Source: Syncephalis fuscata S228
Lineage: Eukaryota; Fungi; Zoopagomycota
Reading direction: 5' to 3'
DNA length: 64,000 nucleotides
NCBI GenBank assembly: GCA_025786725.1
Contig: JAHLTZ010000012.1
Span: forward strand, 496,001-560,000
Each line of letters starts with the position of its first letter. Positions within the stretch are counted from its first letter, which is position 1. Shown in pieces: positions 16,939-29,600 of this stretch. A program made the translations under genes and the position numbers. The notes below the pieces were generated by a model. The model did not search any database. It saw nothing but the letters and a program-made list of their open reading frames with translations, and had not been told where the DNA came from.

Positions 16939-19900
16939 TTATCCTATTAATAAATAATATGCCACATACGATGTAATTAGTTTAGTATATAGTATTATAC
17001 AGCTATACTTACTGTTTATAAATACAAGTTATTCGATACAAAATGTATGGTATTCAATTAGTGCATGATCAATGTTATAAAATGCCATTTATCAATTATT
17101 GATACAAGCCATTAAACAAAAATATCGCATAGTGTGTAATTAATATTAACGCTACTTACAAACTATTGGTATAAGTTATTAAACACATACGAAATATAGC
17201 ATGTAATTAATACATAGTTAATTGCCATACAATGCTGTTTACTGGCTATTGGTGCAATTTATCAAATAACCGCAGTACATGGCATTTAATTAGTATACCA
17301 TTCAATAATTATACAATGGTACTTACGCGCTATTAATGCAAGTTAACAAACAATCGCGGTATATAATATGTAGTTAGTATATAATTGATTACTATGTAAT
17401 GCTACATACAAGCTATTAATACAAGTCATTAAGCATACATATGTATAGCATATAATTAACATAAAATTGAATAATATAAATGTTACTTACTATCTATTAA
17501 TGCAAATCACCAAGCACATACAATGCATACCATGTAATTAGTACATAGTTAATGAATATACAATACCACTTACTTGCTATTAGCATAGTTATTAAGTATA
17601 AATTACACCATATGTTTAGTTTGTAATTGCTTAATAAATAGTATTACTTACTATCTATTAGTATAAACAATTAAACACGCATAGCGCATATAATGTAATA
17701 AGTACATAAGCAATGAATATGCAGTATCACTTACCTGCTGTTGGCGTAGCTATTACACACAATTATATTATATGTTTAGTATGCAATTGCTTAATAGACC
17801 ATACTACTTACGAGCTATCAATGCAAACCATCAAACACATAGTGCATAGTGCATGGTTAGTACATAGCTAATAAATATGCAGTGTCACTTACCTGCTATT
17901 GGCGTAGCTATTACACACAATTACATTATATGTTTAGTATGCAATTGCTTAATAGACCATGCCACTTACAAACTATTAATGTATTTGTAAAACACGTATA
18001 GTGCATAGTATATAATTAGTACATAGCTAATAAATATGCAGTGTCACCTACTTGATATCGGCGTAGCTATTACACACAGTTATATTACATGTTTAGTATG
18101 CAATTGCTTAATAGGCCATGCCACTTACGAGCTATCAATGCAAACCATCAAGCACATAGTGCATAGTGCATGGTTAGTACATAGCTAATAAATATGCAGT
18201 GTCACTTACCTGCTATTGGCGTAGCTATTACACACAATTACATTATATGTTTAGTATGCAATTGCTTAATAAACCATGCCACTTACAAACTATTAATGTA
18301 TTTGTCAAACACGTGTAGTGCATAGTATATAATTAGTACATAGCTAATAAATATGCAGTGTCACCTACTTGATATCGGCGTAGCTATTACGCACAATTAT
18401 ATTACATGTTTAGTATGCAATTGCTTAATAAACCATACCACTTACAAACTATTAATGTATTTGTAAAACACGTGTAGTGCATAGTATATAATTAGTACAT
18501 AGCTAATAAATATGCAATGTCACCTACTTGATATCGGCGTAGCTATTACACACAGTTATATTACATGTTTAGTATGCAATTGCTTAATAGACCATACCAC
18601 TTACGAGCTATCAATGCAAACCATCAAACACATAGTGCATAGTACATGGTTAGTACATAGCTAACGAATATGCAGTATCACTTACTCCCTATTAGCATAG
18701 TGATTAAACAGTTTATATTACATTAGTATGCAATTGCTTAATAAACCATGCCACTTACAAACTATTAATGTATTTGTAAAACACGTGTAGTGCATAGTAT
18801 ATAATTAGTACATAGCTAATAAATATGCAGTGTCACCTACTTGATATCGGCGTAGCTATTACACACAATTATATTACATGTTTAGTATGCAATTGCTTAA
18901 TAGACCATACCACTTACGAGCTATCAATGCAAACCATCAAACACATAGTGCATAGTACATGGTTAGTACATAGCTAACGAATATGCAGTATCACTTACTC
19001 CCTATTAGCATAGTGATTAAACAGTTTATATTACATTAGTATGCAATTGCTTAATAAACCGTGCCACTTACAAACTATTAATGTATTTGTCAAACACGTG
19101 TAGTGCATAGTATATAATTAGTACATAGCTAATAAATATGCAGTGTCACCTACTTGATATCGGCGTAGCTATTACACACAGTTATATTACATGTTTAGTA
19201 TGCAGTTGCTTAATAGGCCATGCCACTTACGTTCTAGTAATGCAAACCATCAAACACATAGTGCATAGTACATGGTTAGTACATAGCTAACGAATATGCA
19301 GTATCACTTACTCCCTATTAGCATAGTGATTAAACAGTTTATATTACATTAGTATGCAATTGCTTAATAAACCATGCCACTTACAAACTATTAATGTATT
19401 TGTAAAACACGTGTAGTGCATAGTATATAATTAGTACATAGCTAATAAATATGCAGTGTCACCTACTTGATATCGGCGTAGCTATTACACACAATTATAT
19501 TACATGTTTAGTATGCAATTGCTTAATAGACCATACCACTTACGAGCTATCAATGCAAACCATCAAACACATAGTGCATAGTACATGGTTAGTACATAGC
19601 TAACGAATATGCAGTATCACTTACTCCCTATTAGCATAGTGATTAAACAGTTTATATTACATTAGTATGCAATTGCTTAATAGACCATGCCACTTACAAA
19701 CTATTAATGTATTTGTAAAACACGTATAGTGCATAGTATATAATTAGTACATAGCTAATAAATATGCAATGTCACCTACTTGATATCGGCGTAGCTATTA
19801 CACACAATTATATTACATGTTTAGTATGCAGTTGCTTAATAGGCCATGCCACTTACGTTCTAGTAATGCAAACCATCAAACACATAGTGCATAGTACATG

Positions 19901-21439
19901 GTTAGTACATAGCTAACGAATATGCAGTATCACTTACTCCCTATTAGCATAGTGATTAAACAGTTTATATTACATTAGTATGCAATTGCTTAATAGACCG
20001 TGCCACTTACAAACTATTAATGTATTTGTCAAACACGTGTAGTGCATAGTATATAATTAGTACATAGCTAATAAATATGCAGTGTCACCTACTTGATATC
20101 GGCGTAGCTATTACACACAATTATATTACATGTTTAGTATGCAATTGCTTAATAGACCATACCACTTACGAGCTATCAATGCAAACCATCAAACACATAG
20201 TGCATAGTACATGGTTAGTACATAGCTAACGAATATGCAGTATCACTTACTCCCTATTAGCATAGTGATTAAACAGTTTATATTACATTAGTATGCAATT
20301 GCTTAATAGACCATGCCACTTACAAACTATTAATGTATTTGTAAAACACGTATAGTGCATAGTATATAATTAGTACATAGCTAATAAATATGCAATGTCA
20401 CCTACTTGATATCGGCGTAGCTATTACACACAATTATATTACATGTTTAGTATGCAGTTGCTTAATAGGCCATGCCACTTACGTTCTAGTAATGCAAACC
20501 ATCAAACACATAGTGCATAGTACATGGTTAGTACATAGCTAACGAATATGCAGTATCACTTACTCCCTATTAGCATAGTGATTAAACAGTTTATATTACA
20601 TTAGTATGCAATTGCTTAATAAACCATGCCACTTACAAACTATTAATGTATTTGTAAAACACGTGTAGTGCATAGTATATAATTAGTACATAGCTAATAA
20701 ATATGCAGTGTCACCTACTTGATATCGGCGTAGCTATTACACACAATTATATTACATGTTTAGTATGCAGTCGCTTAATAGACCATGGCACTTACAAGCT
20801 ATTAGTACAAATTATTAAACACATATAGTGCACAGTATATAATTAGTACATAGTCAATTGGTTCATAATGCTACTTACAAGCTAGTAATATATAGTATCA
20901 GGTACACGTAGTGTATTATATATGTTTAGTGTATATTAAATTGACATACAATTTCACTTACGAACTATTAAGTTTAAATTGATAATAAGACAATATTTAG
21001 TTTAGATAGTCTATTTTTACTGTGACTTACCTTTTATTAATTTAAATGCAATACATTCGTATCATCAGTGGAGTGTTTAGTTATTTTTTACAGTAAACCT
21101 ACTCTTAGCCAATGGTCCTAATTAAACCATTATTTATTAACAAGAAGCAATTAATTAGCATATCGTTAAACATATATAGCCAACACTTACCAACTGTTTA
21201 AGCATGTTTATCGCATGTATAGCAGCATTGAATAAGCGTTAGAACAATGGTCAATAATTACGGCTTACCAACTAATACCATTATCAGTTGAATATAATGT
21301 TAGTAAGCATAAGATTATTAAATATTTATTGTAGTTACAACATACCACGTCGAATTAGAGCCGACCTAGCATCCACCATGAATGTGAAGACTGTAAAAGT
21401 CACAATAATGATGCAGACGACGGCAATAGAAAGCTTCAT
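16939..21439 (-). CDS. Micro-exon gene A: secreted peptide precursor with a 94-nt signal exon, ~52 intact 3-nt or 15-nt micro-exons and a terminal GA+TAA exon
   Basis: Exon 1 (21346-21439) encodes MKLSIAVVCIIIVTFTVFTFMVDARSALIRR+G before GTATGT. It is followed by repeated YAG|NNN|GTAAGT units (e.g. 21269-71 TTG, 20962-64 TTC, 20637-39 TTT, 20564-66 GGA, 20483-85 AAC). The last acceptor is at 16944-46. Paralog of the gene at 43328-47366. Confidence 0.75.
16990..21035 (-). repeat. Tandem array of ~55 intron+micro-exon units (mostly 70-85 bp); the core is a ~313-bp four-unit higher-order repeat x ~7 (~18520-20735)
   Basis: Plus-strand CACTTAC/CACCTAC recurs about every 73-82 bp. Identical landmarks are 313 bp apart (GGA exons at 18686, 18999, 19312, 19625, 19938, 20251, 20564). 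Confidence 0.95.
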
Positions 21440-21551
21440 GCTGATATTGGTTTGTTGAAACAAAAAAAGGTGAATAATGCAGTGTGATGCTATAGAGTAG
21501 GCAGTAGTGAGTGTTTGACAAAAAGTAAAGTGTGATGCTGATGCCACTAAT

Positions 21552-21580
21552 TAGCTGTGCGTATTGTGTGGTCTATTTAA
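21552..21580 (-). promoter_or_regulatory. Putative core promoter (TTAAATAG, TATA-like) of micro-exon gene A
   Basis: About 135 nt upstream of the ATG and conserved at the same offset upstream of paralog B (47483-47511). Confidence 0.4.
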
Positions 21581-23334
21581 GTCTATGTTTAATTTGAAGC
21601 ACCAGAAAACGTATTCTATGTGTTATACTACTGGAATACAATGTAATCATTAAAGCATGTGTAGATTGACAAAGCAACGCTGTGACTGCATTTGGCCTAG
21701 TTCTTTGTTTTAACCTGTTTTTATTTACCCGGGTAATATGGCAACGCAAATAATCTGGTACATGTACAGTAAAATTCTACACAGATTTCTACTACATTAC
21801 TAAACAGTCCAATTACGCAATGCAAACTGGATCTATTGGTTACAAAATACATGATTTTGCTATTCTTTGTGTTTAAGCACAAAGGATAATTACAGGCGGA
21901 AGCGGGAGCGAACAAGAGGGTGAGTCAATATTGAAATAATATTATCGTTCTGTAAACTGCCCAGTGGGTCAGACAGCCAATCGAACAAAGAACAATAATG
22001 AATATACATTGCTACCAAACGATTTATTTAATGTAAATGCGTGTCAGATATAAGAAAAGGAAAGAGCCATTGGTTGACAATAAATGGGCGTTGAACATGT
22101 ATTTATTTGGCTATTTGTTTCCAAGTATATCGGTCGTTCCACAGATTCCTACCATTACGCATAAATTGGTTGTGGCCCTTTAAGTCATTAAAATATACTG
22201 ACTGGATCACACATGCCTCAATTCGACATTGCAGCTCGACTACAAAGGCAGGTAATCTTTGTTTAGCTTCGTACTACCAGATGCCAATATAGACTGTTCT
22301 GTTGCCCATGAATTACTTTTCATTATTTATTACTTTTCAGATATATGTATTTTTGATAATAATACATTGTGTTTAGTCGTTATTATGACTAACTGATTGA
22401 CCTTAAAACAACATGAACTGACTGTTACATGCATTTATATATCAAAACATTGGGTTATATCCATTAGGTTGTTTCAGTCATATTCGTTCAGAATTAATTG
22501 TACAACAGCAGTGCATGTTATGTCAAGTAGTAGTAATTCTGCTGTGCATATGACTCACACAGCAATGGCCTGATTAAAATAACAGGTTTGCAATTTGAAA
22601 TTTGTTTCAAAGGCTTGATATTTCGGTCATGTCTTTATGTTCTGAAATCCGATACTGAAGATGCATTGTGCAAGCTATGCTTATTTTAGTAATTTATCTA
22701 CTGATCACAATATCTACTGCCTGCTTTTTTAAACATTTATCTACATTTATATTATTTCTAAATTAAATAAATTATTCTGTTAATTAGAAAGAAGTATAGT
22801 CCAGTGGTGATCATTATAGTCCAAACTCCCATTTCAAAGCCTACATGGCTAAAGTCTTTATTAAAAAAAGGATTAAAAATTGCTACTACTTAATTCACTA
22901 AGATTTTTATGTTACTATTTTATTCTAGAAATAACGTGTTTTGAACAAAAAACCAATAATAGAGAAAATGGAAATAAATATGCAAGTAAGATGCCAAGAT
23001 TCTAAATAACTGGTTAGCTAAACCATATTATTTTTTAGAATGTAACAGCCCTTAGTTCTTTATTCCTGGTTCTTTGTTGTCGTTTTTTCGCTTAATTGGG
23101 AACTTGTTTTTAAACAATTATCGGGCGATTAAATGCACTACATGTGTACTTGGCTATTTCAACGCCCAAATACTTATAAAAAGTTATTTTATGTGAAATA
23201 AAGCTATCACTATGCATATTTGCCTTCCATAATTCCAAATTCTAGTTATAGTTACAAGATTTATTGATTTACTCAAACTGAAGTATTGTAAAAATACTGG
23301 AACAATACCAATAGCATACTAAATAAATTTGAAA

Positions 23335-24058
23335 ATGGCCGCAAAAACGACTGCTTTCGCTGCTGGACTGTTGTGCACAGTTTTTGGATTAATCCGTGAT
23401 ACTTCAAAGGCCAACGTTCACTATTATCGCATAACACCTCAGTCTAATAATACATTATGACATGCCGTTGTTGCCAATTACAATGGCATCTACACGACCA
23501 GTACTGTGCAATACCATACTTTTGATGTTGAAGTTGCCGCTCGTGGCGGAAGAGCTGGTGCTGGCGATGGATATATAAAAGTTTATCGTGATAATTGGCA
23601 ACACGTTGGCAGTGCAATCATGGCAGGCAGAATGGCCTATTGCTTTTTAAACACGACAGATATGCTCGTACTTGCACTGGATACACATTCGATCTCTCTG
23701 GAAAACAAGACGGTTCACCATCTGATAGAGGAAAAACGGGAAAAATCGCGGTGACATTGTTATTGTAGAGAAATATGACAAAGGAAACGGTAGACAAGTA
23801 ACAGATAGCAGCAAATGGGCCGCAATTTTCACAGGCCCAGACGTTCCTAAATACATTGTGCAGTGCCCTCTGATACTATCCGGTCGGGGACTAACCAATA
23901 AGCCAAGTGACGGATGCTTTAAGGCCAAATGCTTTTCATTACAGGATCTGGAAGTGAAATACTGCTTAGGTAGTCCTGATGCCACTAGTATTGCGGGCAG
24001 CAAAGCTGAGCTATATTACAAAGGCAAGAAGATAATGGAAGCATTATTTAATGACTAA
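23335..24058 (+). pseudogene. Disrupted intronless ORF, possibly a secreted protein
   Basis: MAAKTTAFAAGLLCTVFGLI leads to an in-frame TGA at 23458-60, the same frame then continues (ORF 23506-23754), and a frameshift leads into the frame of ORF 23858-24058. GC is higher than in the flanks. Confidence 0.4.
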
Positions 24059-24353
24059 GTCTCTTGCTGCTCAATTCACTCAACACGAATGTTTATTCAA
24101 TGTTAGTAATTAATAAAGAGTTTTTACTTAATAGAATGTTAGTTAAAGTAATTGGTACATAGCAACTTTTTAGAGCGCTATTTTTTTGTACGAGTAACAA
24201 TAATCATTGTAATGATATTTAATATTTTATCTTATCAACTACGCCGTTTTGAAAAAATAGCAACTTAATAAGTCTTAACATTAACACTATAAACATATAA
24301 TTTGACTACAATTTATTGCATCATGTTCACAAAGTAACAAATATACAATGTAG

Positions 24354-26360
24354 TTAGCAAGGTCTAGCATATCCATGTTGCTTTTTGTGTTCAAATGGAT
24401 CAGCCTCCTCAGAACTAATATCCGTTTCTTTGACCATCGCCACAGAACAAGTTCCTTCTAGATTCGATTCCATCAGGCTTTTTATAGCGTTTACTGCATC
24501 TTTCATTACACGCGTCACCAAATCGACCGTGGTACTTTCGTGAATGACTATACGAAGAATTTTAGTGTTCTCGCAATTGGGAGCCAATGCATACGCAGGA
24601 ATAATCCAGCCATGGTATCGCATTAAAGCAGAAAAACGATACTCTGTCAGTTGCTTGAATTCTTTCTTTAGTTTATCTGATATTTTGAATGCCACCAGTG
24701 GTAGTGCCGCTACATATCCTGAAGAATTATCCGCTGGTTTATGGATACAGGATATAACGTCAAAAAACCCAGTTTTCATCAATCCTGCAGACAGGAGACG
24801 TGCATTGCTCAAACACGTATTCATAACGTTGGTATATCCAACTCGGCCCAGTCGTAAGAAGTTGTAATATTGTGCCATTACAAAACAAGATGGTCGGGAG
24901 AAATTCAGTGTAAACGTGTGCTCAGTTCCTACAAAACAATAAATCAAATGAGCAATACTGTCTAATGATATTCAGCAATACTTACCTCCAAGATAATGTA
25001 ATTCAAAGACTAAATCTTTTGGTAATACATCTTGATTTCTCCATACAACCCATCCTATGCCCTGAAATAGTATAATGTTAATTGAATAGGTGAATAAAAA
25101 TGTAAATAGCTTACTGGATAGACGAGTCCGAATTTATGACCACTGGCATTGATGCTTACAACACGTGGCAATTCAAAGCTCCAACGTAAATCAGGCGTTG
25201 CAAAGGGTGCCACAAAACCACCCGAAGCAGCATCAACGTGAACATGTACGTCAAGACCGGTACGTTCTTCAAGCTCATCCAGCAGTTTGCAGAGCTTTTC
25301 TATTGGTTCGTAATGACCAGTATAAGTAGAGCCAAGGATAGCCTTGTTAATATCTAGTTAGCAAATACTATAGCATAAGATTAAAGCAGGCTTTGTTACT
25401 TACAAAAATACCAATGGTATTTTCATCAACCATGCTTACGGCCTTTTCGGCATCTAAGCAATAGTTGCTCTCTTCTGATACTGGTACACGTCGTGGCTCA
25501 ACATCAAAATACCGAGCAAACTTTTCCATAACTACCTAAAATAGTTGTAATCAATTAATGTTAATTAATTTATAGTAATTATTAGTAAAACCTATTACCT
25601 GAGCATTATATCCGAAAATAATATTTGGTTTACTCGTATCTTTATTTTTAGCTTGTTGTTTCTTGCGCCATATCCATTTCAATGCTAGACCGGCGAGCAT
25701 AACACCTTCTGAAGAACCGGCCACTGCAGTACCGATTGCTTTCTGATCGTTATCGGTGGGCCCTTTCCACAAATCGGCCAAAATAGATACACAGCGCTCA
25801 TGAATGTCTTGAGTCGCTGGGTATTCGTCCTAACACAGTTGATAGGACATATATAATTTATTATTTAACGAATAAACCAAAAATGTATTTATAACTAGAC
25901 ATACCATATCGGCAAAATTCTTGGAAATTGAATCCATAATTAGTTTCTCACATTCTGGTTCCATCCATGTCGATACTAAACAAAAGCGTGTCAATAACCA
26001 ATCAATAATCCAGCTATAGCCTAGTTACTTACAAAATGTGGCAAAATTCTATTTCCAATCTATTAATACTACTATTGCTTATTTGCATAATGATGGTAAC
26101 TTACGGCAACTGGACGGCCATCCAACTCAAGTTCGTCATGGATAGCTCGGTAGGCAACAGTGGGAGCAAGGCCATTTTGACTTAATTCATACTAAGTATA
26201 TTAAATGGCGTTAAATACTTGAATAGACAAATGCTGCACCTACCTTTGGAATATTCTGATCAAAATAGCGCGCGGCATAGGCCATTGGCTGAAGATGTGT
26301 ATGGGTGTTTAGCGATACCTTTGGTTTTTTACCATGTTTGCTAATATGTTTATGCAGCAT
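24354..26360 (-). CDS. GAD1: Glutamate decarboxylase (PLP-dependent), multi-exon
   Basis: [66 protein letters not shown] and FTLNFSRP. Confidence 0.96.
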
Positions 26361-26687
26361 TTTGAATGTTTACACTATTGAGCTAACAAAGAAAACAGTA
26401 ATTGAAAGTGGCGATGGAGTAGCAAGTTGGTTGATATGCTATTAAGCAAGCTATTTATTAAAGACTGCTGAAACTAATGATACCATGATGACTTAAAGGT
26501 ATGAAACCGAAACTGACTGTGTAATCGCAATGACTAGTATATTGCTCAATCTGATGTCACACCATTTATAGCCAATATCAGTTATATAAATAGACACACA
26601 CACACACATATGCATATGCCATATTATCAGTAGTTATTCTTAATTTAATATAGAAAAAAACAACATTGCGAAATAACTGAATAAACA

Positions 26688-29600
26688 TTAAATCATCGCT
26701 GATGCTAATCGTTGATGATCCTCGGTTTTAACCACATTAAAGTAGTCGTTCAATTTGGATGACAATGCACGATGTAGTTGGGCCAGTGAAGATGCATCCT
26801 CGCCAAACATGGCTATTTCAAGTTCTTCATCCTCGCCGAGTAGGTTACTTGTAGACTGCCCCGTTGAATCCTCGAGTGCCTTGACCAATGTATCCAGTAG
26901 TGAATAGGGCAGCCAGTGCAACGAGGTAGTTACCGGCTTGTTATCCGAAGCATTGATTTCCTAACAAAACTACTAGTAAGCTATCAATTTATCAGCATGC
27001 TTTAGCAACATTACCTTTTCAATTTGAAGTAACGCTTGCTTGCCAGCCTCTTCGATCAAATTATGTTTTAAATAGATGCGAATAAGATCTTCAGGATTAT
27101 GTTTCTACAAATACTATTAATAAACTACACTAATTTGCATAGCACATCCAAACAATTACCGTGTAAAAGTGCACAAGCCAGGCAGGAATCTTGGCATGTC
27201 TATTAAGTTTAAGTGTTTCTTCGAGTACAAGCGCACGATATTGATACTGTGTATTGCTGCTGTCATATCGTTCTAATAGCTGTTCAAGCAGTCTCCATGC
27301 CCGCGACGAAGGCGGTCCTTCCATTGTTTCGGTACATGATGCGTCGTTATCGGTGCTAATGTCAAAGATACGATCTTGTACATTGTAGGCCCAAGGTCTA
27401 GTATAATTATTACAATATTAATCATATAATTCATCCACTGGTTACTTCAACCTACTTTCCCTCCAAATCCTCTTGTGCCAATCGAACACACTTTCTAACC
27501 ATGCTAATAAATATCGGTGACAGATCCAATGAAAATACTTTTGACAAAGCAAATGCATGTCCATACTGTCCACGTTGATTAAATAAATTAACTGCGTCTG
27601 CTGGTTTAATAGCCCACACTGTTACAATCATCAGCGATGTTGTTATATAACTAAAACTACTATAATCATACAACTTACTTGTCTTGGCAATTTCTGGGTA
27701 TGATCTTATTAACTGAAGACGAGCCAATGCTAATCCATATTCTCGTTTCATATCATCAATATCGATCATCAATGTGCTAGTTGTAGTGCCTATATCATTG
27801 CGATTAGACGCTTGATTCATAGCTATATGATTTCGTCTAATGCTCACCCTCAATATCGCCTTCTTGTAATCGAATACGACGGCGTTTACGTGTCTAATCA
27901 TTCATAATGCTATAGATCAATAAAATTAACAATATAGCAATAACTTACCATATTTGCACTGTCATTGCCCTTTTCATTATTATTATTGTTATTGTTATTA
28001 TTATTATGTAAGTCATCATCCACATCGTCAACCAGTATCCATGCATGTGCCCCATCAACTAAATGTAATGCATTCATGGCAGCTAAATAGCTACGTGCTT
28101 GATTGGCAATAACATCAACGTGAAATGTCGATGGCATTACTCGACCGAGTCCTTGGGCATTATTATACATGGCACGAGCCGCTAATATACAAATAAATAA
28201 GTATAGCCATGATTATTTAGTTATCAGTGCTACTTACCATGACGGAAGTTGCCTCGATGTACGTGATATGCATAGAGTACACGATAGTAATTAGGTGTAG
28301 AAAGTACACCACATGTCCGTGCTCTAAATTCTAATGTGGTCTCAACTTCTGATTGAAGTGCACCAAAAGCATATCCACACAATTTGCCTATTTGTTGATG
28401 ATCACATAGTTTAATAATAAATTGGCTTAGACAAGTAGTTTGTCTATTCATATACATTAACAAATCATTAATACGTCTATTTAATATTAATCATTTACTT
28501 ACTTTGTTGAATCTGGATTCTCCATCATAGCCATAAATGCATCATCATATTGATGGAGTGCCAAATGGCATTTAAATAATTGAGAGTATAATTGAGCCGA
28601 TAACTGTTGATTCTATATCCACAACTAATTAGTTAACTAACTAACTACTAATTATTAATTATTATTACTTACCTCATTGGATGAAGATGCTAAACGGAAT
28701 TTCAATGCTAAGCGATAGAAATCAGCTGCAAATTCATAATGGGCCTTTTTCTCAAATAGATCTGCTACATAGGCATAATAGCCATCAATGGCGGTATAGG
28801 CCGTAGCAGTAGCACTTGATCCAAATAGAGCTGTGGCACTTGATGGCTCTACCAATACTGAATTAAACAACGCTAAACTAGCATTTGTATCCAATGCCGG
28901 CGTTTCTATTATAGATATCAGAAATTAATCCACTAACAATAACAAATAATAAAATATGCTTACCTAATTGAGCACCGGCTTTTGTAAAGTTATCACTAGC
29001 TTTTTCGTATTCGTTATGGCGTAGATGAATGGTGCCGCGTAAATGACATACAATGGGTGTCGATGATAGTAGCTGCAAACTTTGATAACTAATATGAGAT
29101 TGATCAAGTGATAGTAAATGGGCGGCTAGCTTAGTCGCTTCCAATTCATTCTCATCTTCTATCATGGTAGTCGTCTGTGTTGAATCAATCGTGCCTGGTA
29201 AACATGATTGAATATGTTCTGCACCCAATACAACAACTTCTGATAAAGAGTCGCTCATTATTTGAACCAAGTAGAATGACCGTATTAGCGAATGGATAAC
29301 ACTATGATAGTAATAGCGATCGGCTACTTGAATAGAAGCATCGGTGACATCTGATACTTGCAATTTTGTAAAATATTTAATAAAGTCATCTTCTTTAAAT
29401 ACATTACCAGTTGTTCCTATGGTTGATTTAGTGCCTTGACCAATGGTTTTGCGATTAAATGAACTGCTAACTTGAGATGCACTTGATACGTCACATAGTC
29501 GTTTAAGCATAATGCAGTAGCGTACTGTTTGTACACATCGGGCAACCAGTGTTGATTCTAGTCGTGGCACCTTCTTTAATGCCGGGTCTAGTAAACAGAA

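Noticed and set aside
16990-21035. Plain satellite, centromeric or subtelomeric repeat
   Set aside because: Splice donor, branch and acceptor motifs all lie on one strand in nearly every unit, even in diverged end units. The array is bracketed by a signal-peptide exon and a stop exon shared with a paralog.
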